A stretch of 64,000 nucleotides of DNA from Squalus acanthias (lineage: Eukaryota). The notes below the pieces were generated by a model. The model was not told the DNA's origin. It ran no database searches and saw only the letters and a list, made by a program, of their open reading frames with translations. Every line of letters starts with the position of its first letter. The first letter of the stretch is position 1. The stretch covers positions 186,001 to 250,000 of the forward strand of contig JASTWF010000333.1 in assembly GCA_030390025.1 (NCBI GenBank). The letters are read 5' to 3'. This document shows, in pieces, positions 61,326 through 64,000 of this stretch. Both the position numbers and the translations under genes were made by a program.

Positions 61326-62209
61326 ATTCATTGCTGAACCACCTGGAGAAAGTGACAGCTGCGGGAGCATCTGCAAACCTTCCTCTGCTTCATGAGAGAG
61401 TCAAGTAAGTCAGTCAACTCAATGTGGAGGCACTGAATGAAGGACTGCAGGTCTAGGGGAACCATCTGCAGAACTCACTATCAGCTGGATTGCAGGATAT
61501 ACAGGGCAGTATCTTGAGGGGATTAGACGATATTCGATTGACTCTCAGAGATTTAAGGATCTTTCTGATTCCGTGACATCCGTTCTCCCGCTGATCGCTG
61601 GTAACTAGAATCCTGTTCCCAGTGGAGCAGCTGTTGTGCATACCTCAGATGCTGCGTCCCCTCATGGCAGCAGCACAGCAGCGCTCCATCAGTTCCCTGC
61701 AGAAGCCTTCATCGTTGCATAACCAATCTGCCAAGAAGCCCATGACAAAAAGTCAGCTGTTGCCATGTCCATCCTGGGACTTGGGGGCTCCAAGAGAAGA
61801 GCCATATCCATTCCAAGGGAGGCTCATGATAGTTTACACAGAATTACACAGAAGTTACAACACCGAAACAGGCCATTCGGCCCAACCAGTCCATGTCATA
61901 ATTTACCCTCCGTGCGAGCAAATAGTTCTACTCACATTTACCCACCCTGTTCCCATATCCCTTCAACCCTTTTCCGTCATCCATCCATCCAAACTAGTCT
62001 TGAATGTTGACATAGTTTCTGCCTCAACCACGAACCATAAATAAACTTGAAAGAGAGGGCTATCATAAGATAGTAAATATTCTGAATGATTACTTCCTCT
62101 AAGTATTCACAAGGGAAGTTATGAGCAACATGCCCTCCCCAAACAGAGATAACCCAAGCAAAATTAATAACCAATATAAATAAGAGGCAAATCCTAGACA
62201 GGCTACGAT

Positions 62210-62305
62210 AGCAAAATACTGCGGATGCTGGAAAATTGAAACAACAACAGAAAACGCTGGAAAAACTCAGTAGGCCAGGCAACATCCGTGGAGAGAGAAA
62301 CAGAC
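62210..62305 (-). mobile_element. Penelope-like pLTR 3' end
   Basis: GCAAAATACTGCGGATGCTGGAAA...GTGGAGAGAGAAACAGA, matching 24210-24305. Confidence 0.7.
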
Positions 62306-62800
62306 TAAATGGTCTCAAAAACAACAAATCCCCAGGGATAGATGGTATTTATCCCAGAATACTAAAGGAGACTAAGAAGGAGATTTTTGAAGCACTAACA
62401 ATCATTATGAGGGAGTGACTGGACACTGCGGCGCTACCAACAGATTGAAAACAAAAAGGATGACAAAACAGACACGGGCAGAGCCATTAGTTTTACTTTA
62501 ATCCTGTGTGAAATAATGGTATTATCAGGTATAAGCTTGAAGATTATCCATATAATAATAATTTAGTAAAGAGTATTCAGCATGGATTCAGAAGGGGAAA
62601 ATCTTGTCTGACTAACCTCATTGACTTCCTTGAGGAAGTGACATCCCAAGTGGACTGTTGTAAGCCCCACAACATGTGGTACCTTGACTGCCAAAAGGCA
62701 GTTGACAAAATTCCACATGACAAGCTATGAGTTAAACTCAAAGCAGTGGGCATTCAGGATAAATCTTCAGAATAAGAAAATGATGTTGAAGGGTAAAAAA
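62306..62800 (+). mobile_element. Old CR1-type RT fragment
   Basis: KSPGIDGIYPRILKE, QHGFRRGKSCLTNL and a degenerate YLD.QKA.DK.PH motif. Confidence 0.75.
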
Positions 62801-62851
62801 TAACCTGTACATGTTAGAGGCATTATGTAGAGGTGGGGGGGGGGAAAAACT

Positions 62852-63490
62852 GAGGTCAATTTTAATCCCTCTCCCGGTGGCAATGGTGCGGGCGGGGGTT
62901 CCGACGTGTTACCACGCCCATCATTTTAACTTACTTCAGAACAGGCATGCCCCAGGCAGACAGGGGCCTATTTTACATGGAAAAGTCGAGGCCCAATGAC
63001 ATCATTGGTGATGTGACGCCATTTTTACTCATGGATTCGGGAGGCCCGCATGGGGAAACCCGGACAGCTCTATCATGACGAGTGTCCACAGAGTGGCCAG
63101 AAGAGACCAAGGTAAGTTAAAAAAAAATTACTTTTATGTGGAATTTTTGTGGGACAGGAGGAGAAGGACTGCTCCCCCAGGCTTCACAAGGAGTCCCTGG
63201 GCTCCCCAGCCCCAGCCTTGCCTCTCCCTCCCGGCACTGGGATCTTCACCCAAATTCCCTCACCAGCACTAACACCATGCCGGGGAACCATTCCCTTCCG
63301 TACCCGGCGTCCTTGGGCTCCCGACCCGATTACTGCACCCACCTGCCAGCCGGGCGCCACCCCCATCGGTTTCAGGTGGGAGATAGTGCTGGAATATTTA
63401 AATGAGGCGCAGGATCAAAACAGACTGAGCTCCCAGCAGGGTTTTCCCTCCAGCCCTGCACCCCGCCTGCCCCGAATTAAAATCAACCCC
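62852..63490. mobile_element. Harbinger-type MITE (family E-related)
   Basis: GAGGTCAATTTTAAT ... ATTAAAATCAACCCC imperfect TIRs. Confidence 0.55.
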
Positions 63491-63731
63491 ACTGAGTGGG
63501 GTGCCCCAGAGTTTGGTGTTGGGCCCGTTACTTTTTCTATTTCTATTTCTATTTCACATTAACGACAGGACTCATAGCGGTGTAAATTGGTCAAATGTGC
63601 AACTTATACAAAACTAAGGAGAGAGACTGGAATTAGAGGAGACAGCTCAGACATTACAGCATGAGGCAATTGGGAGGGGGGTGAGTGGTGGCCGGCAGTT
63701 TTAATGATGGGTGCTGCGCAATCGAGTTTCT

Positions 63732-64000
63732 GGGGGAGAAATTCAGTATCACCCCCATTTGGGGCGCAATTATCGGCCGGGCGCAAAGATTAGCCCCTGG
63801 CGCTAATTATCGCCTCCGACTGCAAACTTGGCTTTTATCACCCCTGGAGGTGATTGGAGCGCTAAATCAGGCACTTCACAACTGTCTTAAGGTGCAAAGG
63901 CCGAGGAGTGAGGCGCTACCTCAGAGCGCTGGCGAAGCTCATGTGATATCAGTCAGCAATGGAACACACACACAATGGCGCCGGCCAGTTCTTAAAGTGG
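63732..64000 (+). mobile_element. MITE family B, left part
   Basis: GGGGAGAAATTCAG...CCCCATTTGGGGCGCAATTATCGGCCGGGCGCAAAG matching 19084 onward. Runs off the window. Confidence 0.9.

Noticed and set aside
1..64000. CRISPR arrays, true tRNA genes or prokaryotic systems
   Set aside because: There is no repeat-spacer array or operon structure, and the tRNA-like A/B boxes belong to SINE heads.

Overview
Vertebrate genomic DNA, most likely from a shark or other cartilaginous fish (inferred from its repeat families). The only host gene I can support is the 3' end of a class II facilitative transporter most similar to SLC2A9/GLUT9 on the + strand. Its penultimate coding exon is 25201-25328 and its last coding exon is 57169-57435, separated by a ~31.8 kb intron. 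The rest is a dense, nested mosaic: CR1 and L2 LINE fragments, a poly(A)-tailed APE-RT LINE family, a Tx1-like 3' fragment, Penelope-like elements with minimal hammerhead ribozyme motifs, Deu-domain SINEs, several PIF/Harbinger-type MITE families and Myb/transposase remnants, and a 28S rRNA pseudogene fragment. The most unusual signal is a LINE (46237-48320) that starts with a tRNA-derived Pol III SINE head and lacks TTTT Pol III terminators on its sense strand in all four young copies, suggesting a Pol III-driven, ORF1-less LINE. Repeat boundaries were set by eye and are approximate unless TIRs or TSDs are quoted. Family names come from recalled consensus features, not database searches.
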